Source: Amphiscolops sp. MND2022
Taxonomy: Eukaryota
Direction of reading: 5' to 3'
DNA: 64,000 nucleotides
Assembly (NCBI GenBank): GCA_964187785.1
Contig: OZ076409.1
Coordinates: 68,760,001 to 68,824,000 of the forward strand
The notes below the pieces were generated by a model. It did not search any database, was not told the DNA's origin, and saw nothing but the letters and a program-made list of their open reading frames with translations. This document shows positions 11,903 to 25,282 of this stretch, in pieces (within the stretch, counting starts at the first letter, position 1; each line of letters begins with the position of its first letter). The translations under genes were made by a program, and so were the position numbers.

Positions 11903-14900
11903 CTAGCGACATCTTGAGCTCTGTGAATTTTTGCCGCCCGAACTCTTAGAGTCACCCACAGAATTAGAAGTTGCAGCTGACCCAGAAGTCGATGGTTGCG
12001 AACTGGATTGACCCGAAGTCTTTTTGTTTTTGCATTTAGTAGAGGTGCAAGTGCTTCCGCCCCCGGAGCTGCTCGAAGTCGAGGCGGCCATGTTAGATGA
12101 TCCTGAGGATTGAGAAGGCAACAGAGGCATTGATAAATTCTTCATCAGCCGACTCTCGTCGTTCTTGAAGAAACGTTCGGCCAGTGTCACGAAAGGGTTT
12201 CTCTCCACTTTGTCGATTGGACAGATACGGGAGTCGTCTAAAAAGAAAGACATCTTATCAGCTTGCTACCTGCTCGTAGTACTCAACATCATGAACAAAA
12301 CTGAATACAATCGAGGCATCATCAACTTGTTTAATTTCACGTTACAACTTCGGAAATTAGAATCATTATTATCTCGATTAGAATCATGAGGGATTTTTGA
12401 TTTACTTGGAATAAACTGCGAATAGTAGAAAAGTTCAAATTCCTGGAGTAAAACTCACCATAAACTACAGCAGTAAAGAACTGGTCGATGGTGCGTTTGT
12501 CTTTTGTGATCTTCTCGTGCAGGAATTTGTCGATGAATGTTTTTGTAGAGTATGCGAAAACAGAAGGGTAGCCCAGTAAGTTGTTTTTAGCCAACAGCTT
12601 GTACAAGTCCAGAATATACAAAGGCACACACCGGCCGACGAAAAGCCAGTCGATGATTTCCACATTCTTGTCACTCGATGTTGACACCAAGGCCTCGAGG
12701 ACGCGTGATATGAAGTTGTCGACTTGTTTTTGGTTCTCTGACGACAATATGATGTCATTTAGAGACACTGTGACCTGCATCTCCAACTTCACGTACATCT
12801 GAGTGGCTTCGTTTGTGAATAGCGTCAGGTCTTCCATGTGTAGATCGTGGTAGCCCCCTGGGAAAGAAACAACTTTGAAGCAGATGAAGCAAAAATCGCT
12901 TAAATTAAAACGGGTCAAAACATTCGAAGGAATCAGCTTCAATTGCAGATACAGTATTCCAAATCAGAAATCGAAAGACGTTCATAATCGTGGTTCAGTC
13001 AGCTTCGAGGTAACAAAACTTGACAGTAAAAACTAGACACAAAGCAAGCTGGGCTTCTCAACATCATCGCCAACAAACACTCTGGCAAGCGTACAATCAA
13101 ATCGACTTCAAACCCCCCCCCCCCCCCAAAAAAAAACAAGACGGGAACGTCCCAAGTCGGCGCCATATCTTAGGCTCAAAAATATTCAAGGAACAACTAT
13201 TGGAAAAATTTGGAAAAAAAATTTTTTCAAAAAAAAATTTTGACTTTTTTTCGAAAAAAAGTATTTTTTAGGTCGCACAATGCCGAAAAACTCATTAAAA
13301 AATTTATGGTTTAGTGCGGGATTCGAACCCACGCTCTCCGGCTGGGTCGAAGATGAAAGATGAACAAATATGAAAGATGAACAAAAATTGTAAGAAAAGT
13401 GGACCACTCAGAGTGAGATTGTCAACTGAAAAAAAAAAACTACTCACTGTAAGAGTCGGGCTTTTTTCCTTAAGGGAAAAGGCGCCGACTAAAAACTAGA
13501 AAAGCAGTTTACGTTTGAGCAATAATTTTCAACAATAGTTCAACAATTTTCAACACAACTCACATTTTAGTAACCAATCATCTGAATTATAGTTAAACTT
13601 GTAAACTGCAAATGATTGGCCTTGACCACTGATTGGGCACACAGAACTATCCAATTTAGTAGAATTTGACAGTTTTGATCGACTTTTACACTCTGTTAAC
13701 ACTATCTGAACTTCCCACGCAAAAAAATTGATGAATCATGCGAAGTAATAGTTGTATGAGCACAATGGCAAGAACTAACTATTTATATAGTTCTCATTTT
13801 GTTTCTCTCGTTCCATTATGGCTCTCATCTTGCTGAGGATTTTAGCAGACACTCTATCATAGCTTGAGTCATTTTGAGCAAACACGGCGCTATTTTCGTC
13901 CACATGGGGCATATACAAACGCCGGAATAGGAAGACAAATGTTTGGAAGGCCATCGAGGACTTGTCCCAAGGGTCCTCGCCATTTTGAATCATCTCGTGA
14001 TGCAGAATATTCAGACAGAATCTGGTAAGAAGGTAATATATGACCTCTCGCTTGCAATATTGTTTCCTCATGGCGTGATCAAAACAGGCTATTGGCACGA
14101 AGAACTTTTCGTCGTCGAAATTTCTCCAGCACAGATAATAGGCATCAGGCGCGTATGGTTTCTTTTCCTTGAACAGCTTTTTGAGCCAATACGCCACTTC
14201 AAACATCAACACAGTGATTTTCAACTGGCAGATGTATTCTTCACACTTCCCGATAATATTAGTTAGCTTTCGGTGCTCCACTTGAATAAAAATTTCTAAA
14301 GCTTCTCGGAAAGCGTCTTTGGTTGCTAAATGCTGATTGGCCGATTCTGATGAATCTACAGTTGACGAGGAAGTAGAAGCAGCAGCTGTCAACAAAAAGA
14401 TTCGTTGAAAACATTCTGAAGATAAATCTGATTAGCACAGAAAATAGAAGGTATGATTCGAAAACTCAAATAAAAGCCGCGTCTTGTAAACCAGATATTT
14501 GTAACGAACAAAAAAGAACAGCAAGGGTCCACCAACTTTTGCGTAGCAGCTGGTGAAACTAAAATTTACTATTTCGGTGAGTCGTTTTCTTAAGCAAAAC
14601 AGCAAATTCAACAAAAAGCGCAGTGGCACGGTGGTATTTTCCGTTTTTTTTCGGCGCTTTCTGGAAAAAGTATTCCATAATGGCTGTTTTTTCCTCCAGC
14701 TTCCCACAGAACGGTCAACTTTTATCTCTATGAAGCACATGGAGCAAGTCTAAAATCCATCTAATTAGGGTTTTTCGGCACTGTGCCTTAGGTATACCGT
14801 TGATTTTTTGCTTTCAGTTGCGTAAAAGCTTTTATTAGCCTGAGAGGTACCGTAATTGAGATTTCAGGCACTGAGATTCTGCAGAATTTGAAAAAGCTCT

Positions 14901-17900
14901 TCAGCCTTGTGACAATAATTCTTTGCTTTTTCGGGCCTTAAACGGAGCGCCGACTTGATCCGCCTCCGGCTTTTCTCTCGAAAAATACTAAAAACACATA
15001 CGAAAAACTGATCAATGCTATCATGTGAAGTTCTGAAAAACATAAGTGTAGCATGTTGAATAGAGAATAATAACAACCTTGCAAAGAATTGTTGTGATGT
15101 CTGGCCTCGATGGCATCCCAGGCCCGAGCGAGTCTAGGCGAAGGTAGTTGGTGTTTGATGTAGTCGTACAGATAGATATGGTTCTCAACGAACTTAGGGG
15201 TTAGTTTGGGGTTTATGAACCAGTGCAGGAATCTAAAAGGCTGAAGATTTGTTCCAAATCCGAGTGGAATGCGCGGATGCTCGTACTGAAAGATATCGTT
15301 TGATATGTCCAACATGCTCATCTCGCACTCCGGCTTTGGCAAGTTTAAGTAATGCTTAGCTGAAACAACAACCAATCAGTTAATCAGTTAAACAAATTAA
15401 CATTAAAATACAATGATAATGAAGCATTATTCAACTAAATTTCAGCATTACCAAGTGTTTCATGTATAAGAGGATGTGATTTGAGGAACCAGACGAGTAA
15501 CCAGACACATTTGCGCAGACTCTTCCACACTTCTGTGCGGTCTACTGTGAGTAAAAAGTCGTGCAGCATTATCCCGTAGTGACAGCAACACTCCACCAAT
15601 GGTAGCCAAGTACCTGAAAAAATAATATGACATCGTATCGTTATCATGGAGAGTTCATGCTGTAACTTAAGGTCCTCGACTCATACAGCGGCAAGTTTTT
15701 CTGTTTCTTGTCAGACTAAAGACACCACATTGAATGGTCCACTTTGTGAACAGACTTTCGCAAGCATGAGCAAGAGCGTTCGAACCCTGAGCAGGACTAC
15801 TTTTTCATGTTTGCAAGTCCAGATACTCCCGGCTTTGAGATTTTGATGTTTTCGAGTCTTGGGAGCCCTCTTCGGATATTTTTGGCACGGTGAGATTTGA
15901 GAACTTTTCCTAACAACGCCATGAGCATATTTTAAACAAATTGTACTTTTAAGCCTTAAGCAACGCGGCCCTGTAATTTACTCAATTGTTATAAGAGTTT
16001 CTTGCTAATCTGATTCAAAATTGGGAATCCATAAATATATATACAAGGAACTTAACTTTTCCGTCAGTGAAATTAAGTGAAAGAACTCTGTTTAGAGCAT
16101 AAAATTACAGTATAGCGCAAAGAACGTAGAGAAAACGCGACTTAGAGCTTAATTTATGCTTTCTCATAAATGGGATATCAACGGAAATTAAAAATGTCTC
16201 AAGACCAACCTGATCGTTTCTCCGAGTGTGTATCGTAGACGGATTGTACCAAGTTCTGACAGTGCACTTGAATGATGTTAGCGAACTCTGTAAGCATGAC
16301 AACGTTAAACGGCCTCTTTTTAGCGTCCATGGCTGGCATGTTGTAGTCATTGTAGGGATCCAACAGCTTCGAGTGCTCCAATACCTCCTGCGTGTCGAAC
16401 CACCTAACACTGTGGCAAGACAGTTTCGAGGGATCGAAATTGCGGGCAAGCTCACCTAAATGTCTGAGTGTTAAATAATAGAAAAATCTCACGAGAAGCT
16501 CTCAAGAGAATACAAGACCTTTTGGTGAAAACGATACTTTGAATTTTACGAATCCAGCTTTTATGTTTTGCAGCTTCTATATTCATAGTGCATCTGCTTA
16601 AAATAACAACATCGAGGTTAAAATTTTCAAAAAAATCCCAATTCGATCTGTGAGAAAACCTTGAGAAAATGCTTGATTACGTAATGTTTCAAGAAAGAAA
16701 GAGCTTCGAAGCTATCGTTTAACTATAATTTCACAGAAAAGTGGGCTACATGATGTCATGACATCATAGAATAGGCCCCTGCGGGCACAGTATTGTTTCT
16801 GCGTTTAGGCTTTCATGTTCAATAATAGAAACATATCTGGAATAACTAAACACTCCTGTTTAATCATTATTTTAGCGCACAATTATTCAATGTACCAGTT
16901 TACACCGCCTTTAATTCTTCTCGGACTGAAGAAAATATAACTACTAAGCGTAGACGAAGTTTCGCATTCGCATTTGAATGCAGGCGAAGCTCTCGGCGAA
17001 CGAATAATTAACACCCATTCGCTTCATCTCAATAACTCGGCCTACGAAAGCATATTTACCAACATTCGCTCGCTTCATCTCGATGAATTCGGCATACGAA
17101 TGCATAATTACCACTCTCTCGTTCCATCGCACGAGAAACGAATTGTTGAGGGCAGCTTGAGAAATTTGAATCTCACGCTTAAACTCACTGCCGAACAAAA
17201 TATCTGAATTTTTCAGAATCACAAAAATTTTACAGAAAAAAAGTGGACATCTTGAGGTTTCAATAATATTCCTACTATCGTAGAAATAATTAAAAAAACG
17301 TTATCTATCAAGAATAAACTTTGCACGATGTTATCCAAAAGAAATCAACATTTGCGATTAGATCGCACAATTTCTTGAACTCAACTAAGTCGAGCGATGA
17401 TAAAATGTAACATTTAGCATTTCATTTGGAGTGCCAATCTATCATTACGTACATAAAACATTTTCCAATCAGTCATCATATTGGCGTTCATTAAGTAAGA
17501 ATGGGACAATCACCAAGGCAGAATCACGATGACGTCACTTCGGATTAAAAGCCCCTGCGCAAAACGAGAGACCTGAAACCTTTTTAGTCGGCGCTTAATG
17601 ATGTGAAACGCGACTATCTACGAAATTGTCTGGTCCCAAATTGAAGCATTTGGCCTCGAACCAAAAAGGATTTTTCAACTTTTTTTCGCGTAACATACAA
17701 TACCGGGAGAGACTAAAGGGTCCTCCATTTCATTTTTTTTGGCATTGACTTTTTTTCGAAAAAAATTCCTCCAAAGGCGCCCCCTTCAATTTTTTGATGT
17801 TTTGCGACAGAATGGATGTTGAAAAATCCCAAAGGGTCCCCCTTTCAGTTTTTTTCGGCATTGTGAGACTTTTTATAAAAAAATTCACCAAAGTGTCCAT

Positions 17901-20293
17901 CCTTCAATTTTTCGATGTTTTGCAACAATGGATGTTAAAAAATGCGAAAGGGTCCCCGGGTATTAAAAATCATATCGGATATAACGTTTCTTGGATAAAT
18001 TTTCAGTGTTATTTCGGCATTGTGAGACTTTTTAAAGAAAATTTGTTAAAGTCTTCAAGGGGTCCCACTTCAATTTTTCAATATTTTGCAACAGAATGGA
18101 TGTTAAAAAATCCGAAAAGGCGCGCCAATTCGGTCCAGTTTTTGGGTATTGTGAAAGAGAATACTTTGACCCTTTGAAGTCATTTTGCTATTTTTGTGCC
18201 TTAAATATGGCGTCGACAGGGCCGGTCCCGGCTTGTTGTCAATTGCATCTGCTTTCTCCTAGTTTTCAATGTCATGGGGTGGGTTCTCACACAATCGAAC
18301 TTTTAACAAATGATTGCGATTTGGTACCGCGAATTTCCATAGTTCATTATTTATGTAGTCTATGTCACAAAGTTAAGCGAAGGACAATGAATTTTTGTTT
18401 GGTATTCAGTTACCTAAATGGAAACAGAGAGTCTTCTGAAACTGGTCCAGCATGGTGTCGTAGCAGATGTTGGTCATGAAGTCTTCGTCACTGAGATAGT
18501 TCGGGGTATCCTTCGACTCAAGTTGAGGTATCTTCAAAGTTTTCTTCACTTTGTGCACATTGGTCACAAAGCGACGGTTGTCCATAACACTAACGATTAG
18601 TTTCGTCAATACTAAGTTCTCGTAGTTCGCGAAGTTGGCATCATGCAGAGATTTGAAAGGTTGGAATTGAGAAAGCCGTGTTCCGTGTCTCAGGTCATTG
18701 TCTGTAACCGCTGTGTTTTCTTGGAGAGAAACTAAGGCACTAAAAAAACATACCACATCATATTCACATCTGTACATTAGGAGTGACACTAAAATCCGAG
18801 GGCACAAAATATCCATCCAAACAATTGATTCCTGATTTACAACTATTTTTAGCATGCACATTTTGTATTTCGTTTTTTTTTCGTTGTTTTTCTCAAAATC
18901 ACAACGTATGTGAATGGTCCACTTTTCAACAGAGTTTGTTCACGCCGCAAGTAGTTAGGATGGACCCTTCCCAAGGAGACGGCCGTCGGTTCGATGCCTG
19001 CCGAAGATGAAACATCTACTTGCAAACCTTGACGTATCAAAGTGTCCCCTTTGTTTGTGTTTTTCGGCACGGCGCGACTTTTCATAATTTCATTTCACCA
19101 AAGGATCCCGGATTTGGCTTTTCCCGTAACTTTCAAAAAGACGTTTTTCAAGCCTAATGAAAAATTTTTAAATTATTTTGGGTATTTCAGGATGTTTTCA
19201 TTAGAAGAGAAGTGTTCGAGGCCACAGGTCGCCCCTTCGGATATTTTTGCTACTCTGAAAGTTACGAAATTTTCCACACTGAACAATTCTATGGGACTGC
19301 GCTTTTTGACGTTTAAGCGGGCGCCGACTTTAAACGGTCCCGTCTTCTTTCTTTGAACTGTAATTGAAACATCAATATTACTTTACTAATGTATTGTGTA
19401 ATTGATTGTTTTACAACATCCATTACATATTGTTACTTTAGAGCAAAAAATTTCAATATATTAATTGGCTCAGCACAGTAATCGATAACATTCATTAAAA
19501 TAGTTTTGAAACTCCGTGCTCAGCAGTCTGGTAAATCAGGAACATGGTTTATTACCGACGATGACGTTGACACGTAACTTCACTACATAACAGACTTACT
19601 TGTCTAGCATGTCTATGGAAGCCCAATACGCCTTTTCAGATCTATAGACCGATTTCTCAATTTCAGCAGTAGAACCGAGTTCATCTGCATCATCAGTGGG
19701 GGAGCTCGAGCTTTGTGTAGAACTGGAGTTTTCGCGTTCGTAAGGTTCCGACATTAGACACATGAGGCTCTTCAACTCTCCGCTTTTGAGCTTTATCATG
19801 GATTCTTTCAAGCTAGGTTGACTTTTATTGATGTTTTCAAACCACTGAGTGAGAGTCTCCAATCCACTGATTTCGTGACCTTTGCCGTTTTTACCACTAC
19901 AAATCACCTAAATTGCAAAAACTTACATCAAATATGTTGACCTTCAATACTCGGAATTTGCCAAGTTGATTTCCAGACTACCTCTATCCAGTCAAAGTGA
20001 AATACCACATACAGTCTTACCTGAATGGATAACTTGTTGTCTCCGTTGGAATACCCGTTGCTGTTTTCAGAGGACTGAGAGAGATCTTCGATGAGTTTCT
20101 GGATAGTGTCCACGTGCCCAAATTCTATCTTTTCGCTGAACTCTCCATTGGCCATCACACACTGGACTTCGTTGGGCTTGCTGGAATTGGTCGTGACTAC
20201 AAATGGAACCCCAGCCGCAACCACCACCATTTTATCATTCATTACCTTTAAACCCAACATATTCATGCTTGTCTTACCAAAAGAAGCCGACAT
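11903..20293 (-). CDS. Uncharacterised ~978-aa protein; exons 20021-20293, 19600-19907, 18414-18739, 16210-16455, 15452-15613, 15078-15359, 13780-14385, 12459-12857, 11903-12237
   Basis: Nine ORF fragments join through canonical GT-AG sites with matching phases (0,2,1,1,1,1,1,1) into a 2937-nt frame from ATG to TAG. Ser/Gly-rich C-terminal tail. No family recognised. Confidence 0.85.
13135..13496 (-). mobile_element. Family A copy with a tRNA-like B box
   Basis: Both family-A ends present; CGTGGGTTCGAATCCCGC on the element strand at ~13316-13333. Confidence 0.75.
16770..17298 (-). mobile_element. Family C copy
   Basis: Same termini and core as 10136-10930. Confidence 0.75.
17581..18237 (+). 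mobile_element. Family A copy
   Basis: TTTTTAGTCGGCGC ... GCCGGTCCCGGCTTGTT. Confidence 0.8.
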
Positions 20294-20324
20294 GACAAAA
20301 ACGAAAATAAATTAAAAACCGATT

Positions 20325-23300
20325 GAGCAAATATTGATTTCTCAAGGCGGAAAAAATGACAACATAACATGACTTGAATGACGGTAACAATAGTTTTCCG
20401 GTTGATAACATTTAAAATGGGAACAATGTGAAGATTTCAGTTCAAAATTCAGACTCTCCAGGGAACCAACAAAAATGAATTTTACCAACCAGTAAGCATT
20501 TTAGATAGACAGGCGTACTTCCTTTCTGATCAGTGCTGATTACGTTATTTACAAGATAAATTTAAACAAACCACAAACGCGTCGGAAGATTTTTAGTCGG
20601 CGATTTCGTTAGAAAACGCATACTATAGTGGTGACATTTTTCAACCGAAGCGAACTGACAGATTCTGTAAATCTATAACTTTCTCATTCGTTTCCATACA
20701 CCGCCAACTCAATTGCCGCTTTGTCTAAAGGTTAGCCCAAGTGTCTGCAAGGTGACGCCGGTTGGGTAGCAGGAGTTTAGGGTTCGAATACCGAGCTGGT
20801 CCAAATGTTTTTCCTACGTTTGCAAAGATATTTTAGGTTAGAGGGTCCCCTCTTTGGGTTTTCCGACACTGCAATTTTTCTGGAAAGTTTATTTCACAAA
20901 GGAGTCCCCTTAGGTTTTCATTTTTTTCAGCAAGGAAAAGAATTTTCAGACCTTAAACGGTCTCCTCTAGGTTTTTCGGCACAATGTGACGATATAACGA
21001 AAAAAATCGAACTTCGGTTTCCATGTTTTCAGTTGAGAAAAAGCTTTTCTGGTCTCAAAAATTCGCTTTGGATACTTTTGCTATTGTCTCGTGGATGAGA
21101 GGTTTAATAAATGTCCTTGAGTGTTCAAAAGACTGCTCTTTTGAGCCTTAAGCGGGGCGCTTCCGGCTTGTTTGAAGTATGAAATGACTCAATTCCGAAA
21201 AGTAATTCTCTCAATTCTCAAAGTAAATTTCTCAATTCTGAAGTGTTGATTTTTGAACTTTGCAAAAAAGTTTAACCCTAAAGGGAGGAGGAAATTTCCG
21301 AAGCCATCCTAAAATCTGGTGCATAAACTTTAAACCGCAATATCTAAACTATTCATTTCCGACAAAAGATTAATACAGCGTTAGAAAGAAGACAATCACG
21401 GATTTTAAATTGATTTTAGAACTGCTGGGCTGGGCGACAATGGCTCCGGATTTTGAGCCAAAACATTGCACATCTCGTGTCTCTGATCGCATTTCAGCAA
21501 GTCGCAAAACAGGCAAGAGCCGCTTCGACCCAACCTTGATACCAGTGGGACAAAGTGGCCACAAGTTGATACCACCAGTGGTTTTCTATACCATACGGTC
21601 AGCCTCCAGTTTGCAGAAACTAATTAGTACGAAATCGTGCCATCGTCCATTTAGGGTTCAACCCAGTAGGTTTCATTTGAAGAATAATCAAGTTTCACTA
21701 ACAAAAAGAACAATAAACGATGGCATTTCAGACACAATCATGTGAAGCTAGTGGGTAAAAGGAGCACTATCAAGTGTTAGCTAAGAACGGTCCAGCTAAG
21801 AAGTGGTAGCAAACGGTCAAGTCGGCGCCCACTCAAGGAAAAGCAAGCCGAGAACGGCCAAAGTCGGCGCTATATCTAAGGCTCAAAATTGTAAAAGGGG
21901 GACCCTTCGGGCTTTGTGAAACTCCAGCTGGTTGCAAAATATGAAAAAAAAATTGAAGGGGAGCCCTTTGGGGACTTGAAAAAATTTCCCAAAAAAGATT
22001 TTAAAAATGAACAGTGTCACAGTGCCGAAAAATGTAAAAGGGGGACCCTTTGGGATTTTTTGACATCCCGTTCGAAGGAAACTCGGCCCTCGCAGGGAAA
22101 GGACGAGCAAATATTGATTTCTCAAGGCGGAAAAAATGACAACATAACATGACTTGAATGACGGTAACAATAGTTTTCCGGTTGATAACATTTAAAATGG
22201 GAACAATGTGAAGATTTCAGTTCAAAATTCAGACTCTCCAGGGAACCAACAAAAATGAATTTTACCAACCAGTAAGCATTTTAGATAGACAGGCGTACTT
22301 CCTTTCTGATCAGTGCTGATTACGTTATTTACAAGATAAATTTAAACAAACCACAAACGCGTCGGAAGATTTTTAGTCGGCGATTTCGTTAGAAAACGCA
22401 TACTATAGTGGTGACATTTTTCAACCGAAGCGAACTGACAGATTCTGTAAATCTATAACTTTCTCATTCGTTTCCATACACCGCCAACTCAATTGCCGCT
22501 TTGTCTAAAGGTTAGCCCAAGTGTCTGCAAGGTGACGCCGGTTGGGTAGCAGGAGTTTAGGGTTCGAATACCGAGCTGGTCCAAATGTTTTTCCTACGTT
22601 TGCAAAGATATTTTAGGTTAGAGGGTCCCCTCTTTGGGTTTTCCGACACTGCAATTTTTCTGGAAAGTTTATTTCACAAAGGAGTCCCCTTAGGTTTTCA
22701 TTTTTTTCAGCAAGGAAAAGAATTTTCAGACCTTAAACGGTCTCCTCTAGGTTTTTCGGCACAATGTGACGATATAACGAAAAAAATCGAACTTCGGTTT
22801 CCATGTTTTCAGTTGAGAAAAAGCTTTTCTGGTCTCAAAAATTCGCTTTGGATACTTTTGCTATTGTCTCGTGGATGAGAGTTTTAATAAATGTCCTTGA
22901 GTGTTCAAAAGACTGCTCTTTTGAGCCTTAAGCGGGGCGCTTCCGGCTTGTTTGAAGTATGAAATGACTCAATTCCGAAAATAATTCTCTCAATTCTCAA
23001 AGTAAATTTCTCAATTCTGAAGTGTTGATTTTTGAACTTTTTAAAAAAGTTTAACCCTAAAGGGAGGAGGAAATTTCCGAAGCCATACTAAAATCTGGTG
23101 CATAAACTTTAAACCGCAATATCTAAACTATTCATTTCCGACAAAAGATTAATACAGCGTTAGAAAGAAGACAATCACGGATTTTAAATTGATTTTAGAA
23201 CTGCTGGGCTGGGCGACAATGGCTCCGGATTTTGAGCCAAAACATTGCACATCTCGTGTCTCTGATCGCATTTCAGCAAGTCTCAAAACAGGCAAGAGCC

Positions 23301-23847
23301 GCTTCGACCCAACCTTGATACCAGTGGGACAAAGTGGCCACAAGTTGATACCACCAGTGGTTTTCTATACCATACGGTCAGCCTCCAGTTTGCAGAAACT
23401 AATTAGTACGAAATCGTGCCATCGTCCATTTAGGGTTCAACCCAGTAGGTTTCATTTGAAGAATAATCAAGTTTCACTAACAAAAAGAACAATAAACGAT
23501 GGCATTTCAGACACAATCATGTGAAGCTAGTGGGTAAAAGGAGCACTATCAAGTGTTAGCTAAGAACGGTCCAGCTAAGAAATGGTAGCAAACGGTCAAG
23601 TCGGCGCCCACTCAAGGAAAAGCAAGCCGAGAACGGCCAAAGTCGGCGCTATATCTTAGGCTCAAAATTGTAAAAGGGGGACCCTTCGGGCTTTGTGAAA
23701 CTCCAGCTGGTTGCAAAATATGAAAAAAAATTGAAGGGGAGCCCTTTGGGGACTTGAAAAAATTTCCCAAAAAAGATTTTAAAAATGAACAGTGTCACAG
23801 TGCCGAAAAATGTAAAAGGGGGACCCTTTGGGATTTTTTGACATCCA
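20325..23847. repeat. Recent tandem duplication: 20325-22068 and 22105-23847, joined by a 36-bp filler
   Basis: Near-identical 1.74-kb units with about ten differences seen by eye; duplicated ORFs 20805/22585 and 21410/23189. Confidence 0.95.
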
Positions 23848-24141
23848 TTGTGTTGCAAAATGTCGAAACAAATAAGGGGGACCCTTTGGTGCAATCCAAA
23901 ATATTTCAAAAAAAGTCGCACAGTGCCGAAAAAAGTGGGGCTATGGAGTGATACTTAGTGTGATTTTGACGTTCTTGACGTCTGTTTTGTTTCTTCTTTT
24001 CGTTTTGGACGCGCTTTTGAGGTTCGAGTTGTTGAGGTTTGACGTTGTTGAACAAATGAACAAAAAAGTGTACCTTACGCGTCTAAAAAAACTACCCACT
24101 GTAAGAGTCGGGCACATTTTCTACTAAAATGCGCCGACTAA
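23622..24141 (-). mobile_element. Family A copy (its left part is duplicated at 21842-22068)
   Basis: Both ends present; close to the inverse of 36462-36993. Confidence 0.8.
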
Positions 24142-24173
24142 TGAAAACAAAGTTTTCAAAGCATACAAGTCAC

Positions 24174-25282
24174 CAGGGTGACCACTTCGATCAACTCAAA
24201 TTTCTGAGCTACCAAAAATCTACAATTTCTGATCTGAAAAAGAACAATATGAATTCAAAAATTATTGTCCCGCATCGTCCCATCATTCTGAATGAAAACA
24301 TATATGGATAAAAAATGAAATTCAACTGAACATAGAAGAAATTATTTCATCAGATACATTGTCTCGTCGGGCAATTACAGCACTTTTCATCGCTTCCAGT
24401 TCTTGTTTGCGTTTTTTAGCTTGAACAAATGCAATCTCTGCTTCAGCGAGTTCTTTTCCTGCTTCTTGGAGCTCTTTGTCCAACGCTTTATCTGCTTTCC
24501 GCTTAAAAACCAGAACTTCGACATGTTTTTTATTATCACTTTTTTCGACTTCTTGAAGACTGCTCTGTTCATCTTTGTACATTTTTGATGCTGATTTGGC
24601 CAATTTTAGAAGTGATTCCGTCGGCTTGAAATCTTCGAAAGCATCCCGGGAAAAATTATCCGGCACAAGTCGGAAGCTGTTGTACAAACAAGAACCAAGT
24701 GCAAATTTGATAATGTAACCAGCTTTGGTACGACCGCAGTTAATATCCGCGTATTTGGAGTCAGGGAACAACTTTGAATAAAAGTTTCTTGAACGGGAAC
24801 AACAATCGCTAGACCGTAGAGAATGCCCGTCTAGAACAAGTTTGAGGCAATGAAGTAAAACAACTTTGAGTTTTCCATCTTCCACAGAGGTACCTGCCTG
24901 CATTTGGGCCACAATATTTGAACCAGCTACAGAAGTTACCGCTTTCATATGAATACTGCAAGCTTCGTGACGCTTCAGTGCTTGACTGCCACATTTTATG
25001 TCAATTAATTTTCCAGGGCAATACTTGAATTTGGCCTTATGTGCATTTTCAGGAATGGGTAATACCCAGCTAAATAAAGTCTTCCAAATATCTTGGAACT
25101 TACAGATCCCCATGAATCTGAAAAAATTTTTAATTAAACATAACTTTAATGTTAGAAAACTCCTAATAAATATCACAATAAATAGTTAGCTATTCTTCGT
25201 TGGTCAGAAACGTTTTCTGACCTAGGTTCAATTTCTGACCATTTCTGACTGGTCAGAAATTTCTGACCAAATGGTCACCCGG
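24174..25282 (-). mobile_element. hAT-type DNA transposon, internally deleted (1109 bp)
   Basis: TIRs CAGGGTGACCA / TGGTCACCCGG; perfect 8-bp TSD CAAGTCAC (24166-24173, 25283-25290); clustered subterminal TCTGACC/GGTCAGA motifs at 25200-25270. Confidence 0.9.
24322..25113 (-). pseudogene. Truncated transposase ORF (degenerate N-terminal Zn-finger region fused to a coiled-coil tail; no catalytic domain evident)
   Basis: FSWV..HKAKFKYC..CGSQALKRHEACSIH and LFPDSKYADINCGRTKAGYII resemble the N-terminus of hAT-like transposases; the ORF lies inside the TIR/TSD-bounded element. Confidence 0.7.
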
